In this document: piece by piece, positions 52,082 to 61,082 of the stretch
Layout of the letters: each line of letters opens with the position of its first letter
How positions within the stretch are numbered: the first letter of the stretch is position 1
Origin: Vicinamibacterales bacterium
GTDB lineage: Bacteria; Acidobacteriota; Vicinamibacteria; Vicinamibacterales; 2-12-FULL-66-21
Assembly: GCA_036401215.1 (NCBI GenBank)
Contig: DASWVN010000164.1
Span: 9,611 to 73,610, forward strand
Reading direction: 5' to 3'
DNA length: 64,000 bases
The notes under the pieces: generated by a model
Told to the model about the DNA's origin: nothing
Database searches by the model: none
What the model saw: the letters and a program-made list of their open reading frames with translations, nothing else
Position numbers and translations under genes: made by a program

Positions 52082-52522
52082 ATGGCGGAAACCCTCATGC
52101 GAGAGATTTTGCTGCACGGCAGTCCGACGGAGGCGTTCGACCGCTCCGTCGTCTTTGCGCGAAAGATGGCCGAATCCTTCGGTGCGCGGCTCCACGTGCT
52201 CTACACGATCGAGGATCCCCTGTCGGCCGGCTGGACGGCCGAAGTCAGCGCCGAACGGCTCCCCGAAGTGCACGAGGCGATGGAGGCGGAAGCCCGCGAG
52301 CGGCTGGCGCGCTTCATTCCGCCCGGGGATCAGGAGCGTCTGGGCGTGCGGGTGGCGCTCACGCATGGTCCCGCCGGCGACGAGCTGGTTCGCTACACGG
52401 CCGAGAACGATATCGATCTGGCGATCGTCCAGGCGCGTGTCGGCGACAGGAAGGATCCCGATATCGACTACGCGCATGCGCTGCTGGAACGCGGTCGCTG
52501 CGCGGTCTTGATGCTCCGATAG
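52082..52522 (+). CDS. Universal stress protein (UspA family)
   Basis: Usp fold motifs ...LHVLYTIEDP...ENDIDLAIV... Confidence 0.75.
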   Translation: MAETLMREILLHGSPTEAFDRSVVFARKMAESFGARLHVLYTIEDPLSAGWTAEVSAERLPEVHEAMEAEARERLARFIPPGDQERLGVRVALTHGPAGDELVRYTAENDIDLAIVQARVGDRKDPDIDYAHALLERGRCAVLMLR

Positions 52523-52627
52523 GGATCAGGGATCAGGGATCAGGGAACAGGGAACAGGGAGTAGGGATCAGGGATCAGGGATCAGGGATCAGGGATCAGG
52601 ATCAGGGATCAGGGATCAGGGTAAGGG
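52522..52627. repeat. Single-orientation array of ~15 GGGATCA/GGGAACA heptamers filling the usp / aat convergent spacer
   Basis: Read directly. One unit is shortened to 6 nt (GGATCA). No complementary arm is present. Confidence 0.95.
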
Positions 52628-53215
52628 TTACGTAAAGGTCCGGTCCAATCTCAGGGCTTGCGCCAGCAGGCGCAGGTATCGCGGTCGCGGGATCTCGAGG
52701 GCGCCGAATTGTTCCAGGTGTTCCGTGGTCCACTGGGTGTCGAGCAGCATGAAGCCGCGGTCGCGCAGGCGCTCGACGAGCGCGACCAGCGCCACCTTCG
52801 ATGCGTCGGTGACGTGATGGAACATCGACTCACCGAAAAAGGCGCCGCCCAGCGCCACGCCGTATAAACCGCCCGCCAGACGTCCGTCCTGCCACGCTTC
52901 CACCGAATGGGCGAAACCGGCCTCGTGCAGAGCGCAGTAGCTTTCGAAGATTTCGGCGTCGATCCACGTTCCCGCGTCCAGGGGGTCTCGATCGGCTTCG
53001 GCGCACGCGCGGATCACCGCCTCGAAGTCGCGATTGATGACGATCTCGAAGGTTCCCCGCCGGACGACGCGGGCGAGCCGGCGGGGGACGTGGAAGGTGT
53101 CGAGAGGAATGATCCCGCGCGGATCAGGGGAGAACCATCGGATCTCGCCGTTGCCGACTGCCATCGGAAACCACCCGCTCGCGTACGCGGATACGAGCAG
53201 GTCAACCGGCAACAT
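52628..53215 (-). CDS. aat: Leucyl/phenylalanyl-tRNA--protein transferase
   Basis: YASGWFPM...WFSPDPRGIIPL...HVPRRL...GESMFH...LLDTQ motifs. The ORF track frame is trimmed to Met122. Confidence 0.88.
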   Translation of the reverse strand: MLPVDLLVSAYASGWFPMAVGNGEIRWFSPDPRGIIPLDTFHVPRRLARVVRRGTFEIVINRDFEAVIRACAEADRDPLDAGTWIDAEIFESYCALHEAGFAHSVEAWQDGRLAGGLYGVALGGAFFGESMFHHVTDASKVALVALVERLRDRGFMLLDTQWTTEHLEQFGALEIPRPRYLRLLAQALRLDRTFT

Positions 53216-53277
53216 CGAATCGGGCGTCCACTGCGCCGCTGGCTCCGTCCGGAGGCACGCCTCGTTCCCTGATCCCG

Positions 53278-53667
53278 TCAGTGCACCGTGTAGGGTTCGC
53301 TGAGCGTGAACGGCGCGATCTTCGCATCGAACCGCTCGCCGGTCTCCGCCACCATCTGGTAGGTCCCTTCCATCACCCCGAACGCCGTCGTCAGCGGACA
53401 CCCGGACGTATACACGAAAGACTCGCCCGGTTTCAGAATCGGTTGCTTCCCGACGACACCGGGGCCACGCACCTCCTCGACCTTGCCGTCGCCGTCGGTG
53501 ATGATCCAGTGACGGGTGAGCAGCTGGACCGTCTCGGACCCCTCGTTCGAGATCCGGATGGTGTAGAGAAAGAACCACTGGCTGCGGCCTGGCTCCGAGC
53601 GGTCTGGATCGAACTGCGACTCGACGTGCACCCTGACGCCGCGGGTGACCGCTTCCGAGGTAAACAT
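53278..53667 (-). CDS. apaG: ApaG (DUF525) protein
   Basis: VRVHVESQFDPDRSEPGRSQWFFLYTIRISNEG...LLTRHWIITDGDG...VRGPGVVGKQP...F.YTSG. The ORF track frame is trimmed to MFTSEAV. Confidence 0.88.
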   Translation of the reverse strand: MFTSEAVTRGVRVHVESQFDPDRSEPGRSQWFFLYTIRISNEGSETVQLLTRHWIITDGDGKVEEVRGPGVVGKQPILKPGESFVYTSGCPLTTAFGVMEGTYQMVAETGERFDAKIAPFTLSEPYTVH

Positions 53668-53673
53668 ACGTCC

Positions 53674-53889
53674 ATGATGAACGATTCCCGCGGACACGGG
53701 CAACCTGCGCCGCGCGAAGGGCTCTGTCCGGGCTGTGCGCACGTGCAGGTGATCACGAACGACCGCGGCTCGACCTTCTATCGCTGCCGCCTCTCCGCGA
53801 CCGACCCGCGCTTCCCGAAGTATCCGCGACAACCCGTCCTCGCATGCGGTGGTTACCGTCCACGGCAGCCGCCCGGGACGCCTGACTGA
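53674..53889 (+). CDS. Small Cys-rich conserved-looking hypothetical protein (71 aa)
   Basis: MMNDSRGHGQPAPREGLCPGCAHVQVITNDRGSTFYRCRLSATDPRFPKYPRQPVLACGGY. The CxxC...C...C pattern suggests a zinc-ribbon-like protein. It is the tail of ORF track 53281..53889. Confidence 0.45.
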   Translation: MMNDSRGHGQPAPREGLCPGCAHVQVITNDRGSTFYRCRLSATDPRFPKYPRQPVLACGGYRPRQPPGTPD

Positions 53890-53947
53890 CGTCAGCGACG
53901 GTCTCGCCGTCCTTCCTCCAGGAACCCGACGAGCTAGAATTGTCTTG

Positions 53948-55999
53948 ATGCACACTATCGAACCTGCCCGGATGAAGCCGGGGGTCGCGGCGGAGTCGCT
54001 GAAGGATTCGACCGCCCACGCTTCGCAGTCGCGCGGTCTGATTCGCGGGAAAGCGCTCATTTTCTGGGACCCCAAGAGCCTTCCCGGCACGAAGTTCGCG
54101 CGCAAGCTCGACGCGATCGATACGGACCAGATCACGCCGGCGGCCGACTGTGTGTCCGAGAGCCTCGAGACGCTCGACGAAAAGTGGAAGGCGGGTTCCT
54201 TCCGGTACCTGATGCCGGACTTCCGCGCGAGAGTTCACCGCGGCGAGAACTTCATCATCGCCGGTGACCGGTTCGCGATCGGGTCCTCGCGCGAGATGAG
54301 CCCGGCGGGGCTCAAGGGCGTGGCCGAAGAAGCCGGACTCGAGATGGTCGTCGTGGCCGGCAACAACATGGGGGACATCTTCCGGCGCAACGCCTTCAAT
54401 CTCGGCCTCCACGTCGTGCAGAGTCCTGAGGCGGTTGCCGACGCGCAGGACGGCGACGAGTTCTCCTTCGATCCCGTGACGCGTCACCTGCGCAATGAAA
54501 CGCAAGGCAAGGGCTACGATCCCGTTCCGCTCTCACCGAAGGAAGAAGAGATCCGTCGCAGCGGCGGCATCTTTGCGGTGGGCAGAAGCGAGTTCAAGAA
54601 GTCGGTCCTGACGCGGCCGTCGATCGACTGGCTCGATCCCGCGGATGCGCGGAAGATGACGTCGACCGAACAGATCATCTGGGCGCACCGGGTCGACAAA
54701 GACCTCCAGCCGTCCGATCTGAAGCCCGGCACGACGCTGCGCGTGTATGCGGACCTGCTTCCGGCCTCCGACGGCACGGCACCGTTCTCGATCCACACCT
54801 TCAACCAGATCACCGGCGGCAACACGATCTTTCCGCGCCAGGCGGCGATTGCGAACGATCACTTCGTGTTCACAGGCGTCGAGGCCGACGAGAAGCAGAC
54901 GAGCATCGGCCGCGAGTTCGCCAGGCTGCACGGCATCGAGAAGCCGTACTACGCCACGCCGGGCGACGGCATCTTCCATTTCTACTTCCCCGAACAGGGG
55001 CTGGTGATGCCCGGCCAGTTCATCCCCGGTGCGGATTCACACAGCCGCGCCTACGGCGCGTATGGGGCGGTGGGGATCGGCGTGGGTTCGACGACGCTCG
55101 GCTTCGGGTGGGCGACTGGTTACATCTACTTCACGCTCGCCAGGCAGCGCCGCGTCGTGTTTCGGGGAACCCTCCAGCCCTGGGTCGGCGGCAAGGACAT
55201 CGTGCTCGAACTGCTGCGGCGGTGGGGAGCGAAGCAGTCGCAGGGGATGTCGGTGGAGCTGGTCGACGCCGACAAACAGCTGCCGATTGCCTACCGCAAT
55301 ACGATCGCGAACATGATGGCGGAGGCGGAGGCGCTCAACGGGATCTTCGCGCCCGATGAGATCACCTACGCGTGGTATCAGCGCAAGGGGGTGACGGAGC
55401 TGCCGTATCCACCGTTTGCGCCAGGCGCGGACGTGGCGTGGGAGATCGACGAATCGTTCGCGCTCGACGACGTCCGTCCGATGATCGCGAAGCCGTTCAG
55501 TCCGGGCAACGCGTTCCCGGCCGAGGAGGTCGCACGCGAGCGGATCACCTTCGACAAGGCGATGATCGGCTCCTGCACGAACGGTTCGTACGACGACCTG
55601 CTGCAGGCGGCGTTCGTGCTGCGCGCGGCTCGGGACGCCGGCATGAAGAAGGTCGAACGTGAGTTCGCGATCTTCCCGGGATCCGGCGGCGTCGGCCGGC
55701 AGATCGAAGCGGGTGATCCGCGGCTTGGCGGCGAGTCGATCGCGGAGGTCTTCCGCTCCGTCGGCGGCAAGATCCGGCAGTCCTGGTGCGGCCCCTGCTT
55801 CGGGCAGGGCCCCGACGCGTTGACGAAGGGCCAGCGCGCCATTACGTCGTTCAATCGCAACTGGCAGAACCGGATGGGGCTCGGCGGCGAAGGCTACCTG
55901 GCGAGCCCCGCGGTCGTCGCAGCATCCGCTCTGGCCGGCTACATGGCCCCGCCCTCTGAACTCGGGCTGCGCTGGGATGCGGAGACGTTTGGAGTCTGA
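53948..55999 (+). CDS. Aconitase-family [4Fe-4S] hydro-lyase with permuted domain order (LeuD-like swivel domain N-terminal to the LeuC-like catalytic domains)
   Basis: N-terminus: DTDQITPA...IIAGDRFAIGSSREMSPAGL...GDIFRRNAFNLGL (small-subunit motifs). C-terminus: GADSHS, IGSCTNGS, CGPCFGQG (cluster ligands). Confidence 0.8.
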   Translation: MHTIEPARMKPGVAAESLKDSTAHASQSRGLIRGKALIFWDPKSLPGTKFARKLDAIDTDQITPAADCVSESLETLDEKWKAGSFRYLMPDFRARVHRGENFIIAGDRFAIGSSREMSPAGLKGVAEEAGLEMVVVAGNNMGDIFRRNAFNLGLHVVQSPEAVADAQDGDEFSFDPVTRHLRNETQGKGYDPVPLSPKEEEIRRSGGIFAVGRSEFKKSVLTRPSIDWLDPADARKMTSTEQIIWAHRVDKDLQPSDLKPGTTLRVYADLLPASDGTAPFSIHTFNQITGGNTIFPRQAAIANDHFVFTGVEADEKQTSIGREFARLHGIEKPYYATPGDGIFHFYFPEQGLVMPGQFIPGADSHSRAYGAYGAVGIGVGSTTLGFGWATGYIYFTLARQRRVVFRGTLQPWVGGKDIVLELLRRWGAKQSQGMSVELVDADKQLPIAYRNTIANMMAEAEALNGIFAPDEITYAWYQRKGVTELPYPPFAPGADVAWEIDESFALDDVRPMIAKPFSPGNAFPAEEVARERITFDKAMIGSCTNGSYDDLLQAAFVLRAARDAGMKKVEREFAIFPGSGGVGRQIEAGDPRLGGESIAEVFRSVGGKIRQSWCGPCFGQGPDALTKGQRAITSFNRNWQNRMGLGGEGYLASPAVVAASALAGYMAPPSELGLRWDAETFGV

Positions 56000-56005
56000 T
56001 CGCGC

Positions 56006-58024
56006 GTGAAACGGGCGCCGAAGGGCTCCGTCGCTCGGCACCCGTCACCGCCCCCGCGTCACGGCGCGCTTGCCATCCTGCTGGTCTGCGCCGGCCTGAT
56101 TGCCGCCAATTTCTTCATCTACCTGCAGACCCGTACTCACCCGTTCATCAACTTCGATGACGTCCAGTACGTTGTCGAAAACCGGAACGTCCTGGCGGGC
56201 GTCACTCCAAGCAGCCTGACCTGGGCGTTCACCTCGCCGCATGCCGGCAACTGGCATCCACTCACCTGGATCAGCCACATGCTGGACGTCGAGCTGTTCG
56301 GCCTCGACGCGGGCAAGCATCACCTCGTCAACCTCGGTTTTCACGCCATCAACTCGCTGCTGCTGTTCGCCGCGCTGCACCTCATGACGGGTGCACTGTG
56401 GCGCAGCGCGTTCGTTGCGGCGCTGTTCGCCGTCCATCCGACGCACGTCGAGTCGGTGGCCTGGATCGCGGAACGGAAGGACGTGTTGAGCACGTGCTTC
56501 TGGCTGCTCGCGATGATCGTGTACTGGAGATACACCCGGACCCGATCGAGCATCACCTACGCCGTCCTGTTGCTCGTCTTCGCCGGAGGACTGATGGCGA
56601 AGCCGATGGTGGTCACGCTTCCGCTCACGCTGCTGCTGCTGGACGTCTGGCCGTTGCGGCGCTTCGATGGAGAATCGGGGCGCCGGTTGCTGATCGAGAA
56701 GGTTCCGCTGTTTGCCATGGCGATCGCGTCTGGCGTGGTGACCTTCGCCGTTCAGCAGGCAGCCGGTGCGGTAAAGGCTCTCGAGGTGCTTCCGCCCTCA
56801 CGCCGGTTCGCCTCAGCCGTCCTCGGTTACGTCGAATACGTCGGTAAGACGATCTGGCCCGCAGACCTCGCCTTGCTGTATCCGCATCCGGCCGCGATCT
56901 CCTGGATGGCTGTCGCGATCGCCTTTGCGGCGCTCGTCGCGATCACTGTGGGCGTGCTTCGATGGAGTTCGGGAGACCGCGGCTATCTGCTGACCGGCTG
57001 GTTCTGGTTTCTCATTACGCTCGTGCCCGTCATCGGCCTGGTGCAGGTCGGCAGCCAGCGAATTGCCGACCGCTACACCTACGTCCCCACGATCGGCCTG
57101 TTCATCGTCGCGGCGTGGGGAGGCGTCGAACTGGTCCGCCGGTGGCGGATCCCGTCGGCGGCGGTCGCGATGACCGCTGTCCTGGTGCTTGGCGCGAATA
57201 CGGTGCTCGCACGGCAGCAGGCATCCCGCTGGGAGAGCAGCATCTCGATCTGGCGCCACACGGTTGCCGTGACTGCCGACAACGCCCGCGCACACAATCA
57301 TCTCGGGCACGCCCTCGCGGCTGCGGGACACGAGGATGAGGCGGCTCTGCACTACGAAACCGCGCTCGAGCTCAATCCCGACAGCCCCGACACGTTGAAC
57401 AATTACGGGGCGCTGCTTGCACGGCGCGGACAGCCGGCCGCTGCCGCGGACGCGTTCGCCCGCGCCGTCGAACTGGCCCCGCGTTTGCCTCACGCGCGCG
57501 AGAACCTGGCGCTGGCGCTGACGCAGACGGGACGTCCGCAGGAGGCGATCGGCTATTTCGCCGAGATCGCGCGTGAGGATCCGTCGAATGCGACGGCGCA
57601 CCGGCAGCTTGGCGTGGCGCTCGCGATGGCGGGGCAGTACGGCGAGGCCATCCTCGCGCTGCAGCGGGCGGTCGATCTGACGCCGGAGGATGCGGTCGCG
57701 CGCAATGCGCTTGGCGCGGCGCTGGGAGCCGCCGGACGCGACGCGGAGGCGCTGACGCAATACGAGCGCGCCGTGCGGCTCGATCCACAGTTGTTCGAGG
57801 CTCGCAGCAATTTCGGGCGGACGCTGCTCCGGACGGGACGAGCCGAGGAGGGAAACCGGGTGCTCTATGACCTCTCCGTCGAGCTTCTCGCAGCAGGGCA
57901 GCTGGAACCGGCGCTCCGGGAAATCGAAGTGATCCTGCAAAACGACCCGAACCATCCGGCCCGGGAGTTGCTCACCAGCCTCGCGGCGCGCCAGCGGGCC
58001 GCAGGGGCCCGGCGCGATAGGTGA
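56006..58024 (+). CDS. Membrane glycosyltransferase-like protein (PMT/TMTC-like, DUF1736-type N-domain) fused to C-terminal TPR repeats
   Basis: About 10 TM helices with FINFDDVQYVVEN and NWHPLTWISHMLD motifs, then at least 6 TPR units (NNYGALLARRGQPAAAADAFARAVELAP...). Confidence 0.7.
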   Translation: MKRAPKGSVARHPSPPPRHGALAILLVCAGLIAANFFIYLQTRTHPFINFDDVQYVVENRNVLAGVTPSSLTWAFTSPHAGNWHPLTWISHMLDVELFGLDAGKHHLVNLGFHAINSLLLFAALHLMTGALWRSAFVAALFAVHPTHVESVAWIAERKDVLSTCFWLLAMIVYWRYTRTRSSITYAVLLLVFAGGLMAKPMVVTLPLTLLLLDVWPLRRFDGESGRRLLIEKVPLFAMAIASGVVTFAVQQAAGAVKALEVLPPSRRFASAVLGYVEYVGKTIWPADLALLYPHPAAISWMAVAIAFAALVAITVGVLRWSSGDRGYLLTGWFWFLITLVPVIGLVQVGSQRIADRYTYVPTIGLFIVAAWGGVELVRRWRIPSAAVAMTAVLVLGANTVLARQQASRWESSISIWRHTVAVTADNARAHNHLGHALAAAGHEDEAALHYETALELNPDSPDTLNNYGALLARRGQPAAAADAFARAVELAPRLPHARENLALALTQTGRPQEAIGYFAEIAREDPSNATAHRQLGVALAMAGQYGEAILALQRAVDLTPEDAVARNALGAALGAAGRDAEALTQYERAVRLDPQLFEARSNFGRTLLRTGRAEEGNRVLYDLSVELLAAGQLEPALREIEVILQNDPNHPARELLTSLAARQRAAGARRDR

Positions 58025-60261
58025 ACACCATGAGCGCTCGTGTGTTCGTGCTGGTGTCGGCGGTCGCCGGAGTGCTCTCGCAGACTCAGGGCGGTCCTGC
58101 CGCCCGGCAGACGGTCCAGTTGACGGCGGGGATGGTGATCGAACGGTCGATCACGGTCCGGCCGGGGACGTACCGCATCCCCGCATCCGCGGACCTGAAG
58201 ATCCCCGCGCTCACCGTGCGTGGCGACAACATCGTCATTGACTTCAACGGCGCAACGCTCGCCGGTTCCGCCGAGGACGCGGATCCGGACCAGTTCGCCG
58301 GCATCGGCATCCTGGTCGAAGGGGGCAGCAGGGTGACGATCCGCGGGGCCACGATCCGCGGCTACAAGGTCGGGATCCTTGCCCGCAATTCACCCGACCT
58401 GCACATCACGCGGAACGATCTGTCCCATAACTGGAAGCAGCGCCTATACAGCGGGATCGAAAAGGAGAGCCTCGTCGACTGGATGTCGTACCACGACAAC
58501 GAGAAGGACGAGTGGCTCCGCTTCGGCGCGGCGATCTACCTGTCGAACTGCGATCGTGCCGAGATCGATCACAACACCATCGTCCAGGGACAGAACGGAC
58601 TGATGGCAACACGGTCGAGCGAACTGAAGATCTGGAACAACACGATCCAGTTCATGTCGTCGATCGGCGTCGGTCTCTACCGCGTGACCGGCAGCACGAT
58701 CATGCACAACCGAATCGACTGGTGCGTGCGTGGATACAGCCACGGCTTCTACAACCGGGGACAGGATTCCGCGGGGCTGCTGATGTACGAGCAGTCCAGC
58801 AACAACACCGTGGCCTACAACTCGATCACGCACGGTGGTGACGGACTGTTCCTCTGGGCGGGGCAGGCCACGATGGACACGGGCAAGGGCGGCGCGAACG
58901 ACAATGTCTTCGCCGAGAACGATTTCAGCCATGCGCCCACCAACGGCATCGAGGCGACCTTCAGCCGCAATCGCTTCATCCGCAATCGCGTCGAGGACAA
59001 CTGGCACGGGGTGTGGGGCGGTTACAGCTACGAATCACACTGGATCGACAACCGGTTCGCCCGGAACGCGGAAGGGATGGCGATCGAGCACGGCCAGAAG
59101 AACGTGATCGTGAGCAATGTGTTCGAGGAGGACGACACCGCCATTCGTCTGTGGCAGAACGCGACGCAGGATCCGAACTGGGGTTATCCGAAGAATCGCG
59201 ACACGCGCAGCCAGGGCTACACGATCGAAGACAACGTGTTCCGAGGAAACGCCACTGCCCTGGACATCCGTGACACCACCGGCGTCCGGTTGTGGCGCAA
59301 CAAGTTCGTGGAGACAGATGAACGGCTGAAGGTGGCCGGGAACACATCCGGTCTGCAGGACAGGCCGATCGACGATCCTGGTCGGGACTTCATCGTCCTC
59401 GACCACGAGGAGGCTCCCGCGAAGCTCCCCGACGGCATGGACCCGATGATCAAGGACGGCGAGCGGCGCGGCCGCCACACCATCATCGTGGACGAGTGGG
59501 GCCCGTACGACTGGAAGTCGCCGAAGCTGTGGCCCGTGCTCGAATCAGACGGCAAGCTGCCGTTCCAGCGGCGAGCGAAGGCGACGGGCCAGTTCGATGG
59601 ACCGGTGAAGCTGAACGTACTCGGGCCGCCGGGGACGTGGAAGCTGGCGTCCACCCGCGGCGCGGTGGTGACGCCCACGGAAGGCCGGGTCGGCGACGTC
59701 ATCGCCGTGATGCCAAACGAGGGCAGTGTGACCGACTACGAGATCGTGCTCTCGTATGTCGGCAGCGAGGTGACATCGCCGCGGGGCCGTGTCACGCCGG
59801 CCGGCGAGCCGCACACGTTCAGCTACTCGCACTTCTTCGCCCCGGCCGACTGGACGATCGACTTCTTCGAATACCCCGAGGCGGCGGACCCGGTGAAAGC
59901 TCCCGCTGCCTTCGAGAAGGTCCTGGCCGGGCGGCCGATCAAGACCATCAAGTCGGATCGGATCGACTTCCTGTCGGGCAGGGTATTGGAAGAAGGCGTG
60001 CCCAGCGACCGCTTCGCCTTCGTGGCGCGTGGCACGGTGGACCTGCCTCCCGGCGACTACACGATGGAGGTGATTTCCGACGATGGCGTGCGGGTGTGGG
60101 TGGATGGCAAGCTCGTCCTGGACGGCTGGGAGCCGCACGAGTCGCGCGTGGACCGCGTCGACATCACCGGCGGACGACGCTCGCTGAAGGTCGAATACTA
60201 TGAATCGGCCGGCTGGGCCGAGATCCGCGTCGATATCCAGCCACGGAGGATCCGCAAGTGA
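58021..60261 (+). CDS. Secreted right-handed parallel beta-helix repeat protein with C-terminal PA14 domain
   Basis: Signal peptide; repeated ...I.GN.I... beta-helix rungs (ITRNDLSHN, IDHNTIVQG, IWNNTIQF, IMHNRIDW, VAYNSITHG...). The C-terminal DGVRVWVDGKLVLDGW...LKVEYYESAGWAEIRV is typical of PA14. Confidence 0.75.
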   Translation: MNTMSARVFVLVSAVAGVLSQTQGGPAARQTVQLTAGMVIERSITVRPGTYRIPASADLKIPALTVRGDNIVIDFNGATLAGSAEDADPDQFAGIGILVEGGSRVTIRGATIRGYKVGILARNSPDLHITRNDLSHNWKQRLYSGIEKESLVDWMSYHDNEKDEWLRFGAAIYLSNCDRAEIDHNTIVQGQNGLMATRSSELKIWNNTIQFMSSIGVGLYRVTGSTIMHNRIDWCVRGYSHGFYNRGQDSAGLLMYEQSSNNTVAYNSITHGGDGLFLWAGQATMDTGKGGANDNVFAENDFSHAPTNGIEATFSRNRFIRNRVEDNWHGVWGGYSYESHWIDNRFARNAEGMAIEHGQKNVIVSNVFEEDDTAIRLWQNATQDPNWGYPKNRDTRSQGYTIEDNVFRGNATALDIRDTTGVRLWRNKFVETDERLKVAGNTSGLQDRPIDDPGRDFIVLDHEEAPAKLPDGMDPMIKDGERRGRHTIIVDEWGPYDWKSPKLWPVLESDGKLPFQRRAKATGQFDGPVKLNVLGPPGTWKLASTRGAVVTPTEGRVGDVIAVMPNEGSVTDYEIVLSYVGSEVTSPRGRVTPAGEPHTFSYSHFFAPADWTIDFFEYPEAADPVKAPAAFEKVLAGRPIKTIKSDRIDFLSGRVLEEGVPSDRFAFVARGTVDLPPGDYTMEVISDDGVRVWVDGKLVLDGWEPHESRVDRVDITGGRRSLKVEYYESAGWAEIRVDIQPRRIRK

Positions 60262-61019
60262 TCGAATCACTGAGCAATCCGCAGGTCTGGATCGGCCTCG
60301 GCACGCTGACGTTTCTCGAGATCGTGCTCGGCGTCGACAACGTCATCTTCATCTCGATCCTCTCCGGCAAGCTGCGGGAGCACGAGCAGGCGCGGGCCCG
60401 CCGGCTCGGCCTGCTCGGCGCGATGTTCACGCGCATCCTCCTGCTGTTCTCGCTCGCCTGGATCATCAGGTTGACCGCGCCCCTGTTCTCCATCCTCGAG
60501 CAGGAGATCTCCGGGCGCGACTTGATCCTCATCCTCGGCGGCCTGTTCCTGATCGGCAAGAGCACCTACGAGATCCACGACAAGCTCGAAGGGGAGGAAG
60601 GACACGCGTCGGCGAAGGTCGCATCGTCGTTCGCGAGTGTGATCGTTCAGATCATGCTCCTCGACATCGTGTTCTCGCTCGATTCGGTGATCACCGCCGT
60701 CGGGATGGTGGACGAACTCTGGGTCATGATCGCCGCGGTGATCATCGCGGTGGCGATCATGATGCTATCGGCGGAGCCGATCAGCGCGTTCGTCAACAAG
60801 CATCCAACCGTCAAGATCCTGGCGCTCAGCTTCCTGCTGCTGATCGGGCTCTCGCTCCTGATCGAAGGCTTCGACTACCACATTCCGAAGGGCTACATCT
60901 ACTTCGCCATGGGCTTCTCGGTGTTCGTGGAGATGATCAATCTGCGAATGAAGCGGGCGCGACAGCCGGTCGCCCTGCACAGCCGATACTCCGGCGATGC
61001 GATTGGGCCGGAAGCCTGA
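60258..61019 (+). CDS. TerC family integral membrane protein
   Basis: LEIVLGVDNVIFISIL and LLDIVFSLDSVITAVG paired TerC motifs. 4-nt overlap with the upstream gene. Confidence 0.88.
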   Translation: MIESLSNPQVWIGLGTLTFLEIVLGVDNVIFISILSGKLREHEQARARRLGLLGAMFTRILLLFSLAWIIRLTAPLFSILEQEISGRDLILILGGLFLIGKSTYEIHDKLEGEEGHASAKVASSFASVIVQIMLLDIVFSLDSVITAVGMVDELWVMIAAVIIAVAIMMLSAEPISAFVNKHPTVKILALSFLLLIGLSLLIEGFDYHIPKGYIYFAMGFSVFVEMINLRMKRARQPVALHSRYSGDAIGPEA

Positions 61020-61082
61020 AACAGTTTCGCCCGGCCCGGCGTCTTACCGTCGGTCACTACGATTTCTGGAGGTTTTCACTCG

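Noticed and set aside
1306-52627. Whether the tandem arrays could be CRISPR arrays.
   Set aside because: The units are 6-14 nt (up to 37 nt as composites) and directly abut one another with no unique spacers. No cas genes are in the window.
53849-53947. The longer start (53849) for the aconitase-family gene, and the long ORFs 53278..54135 and 52628..53578 as full-length proteins.
   Set aside because: In each case the N-terminal extension is Arg/Gly-rich and overlaps a neighbouring real gene. Internal Met starts give proteins that begin where homologs (ApaG, Aat, LeuD-like domain) begin.
60200-60261. A yybP-ykoY (Mn2+) riboswitch upstream of the TerC-family gene.
   Set aside because: The TerC gene overlaps the stop codon of the upstream beta-helix gene by 4 nt, so there is no non-coding leader to hold a riboswitch.
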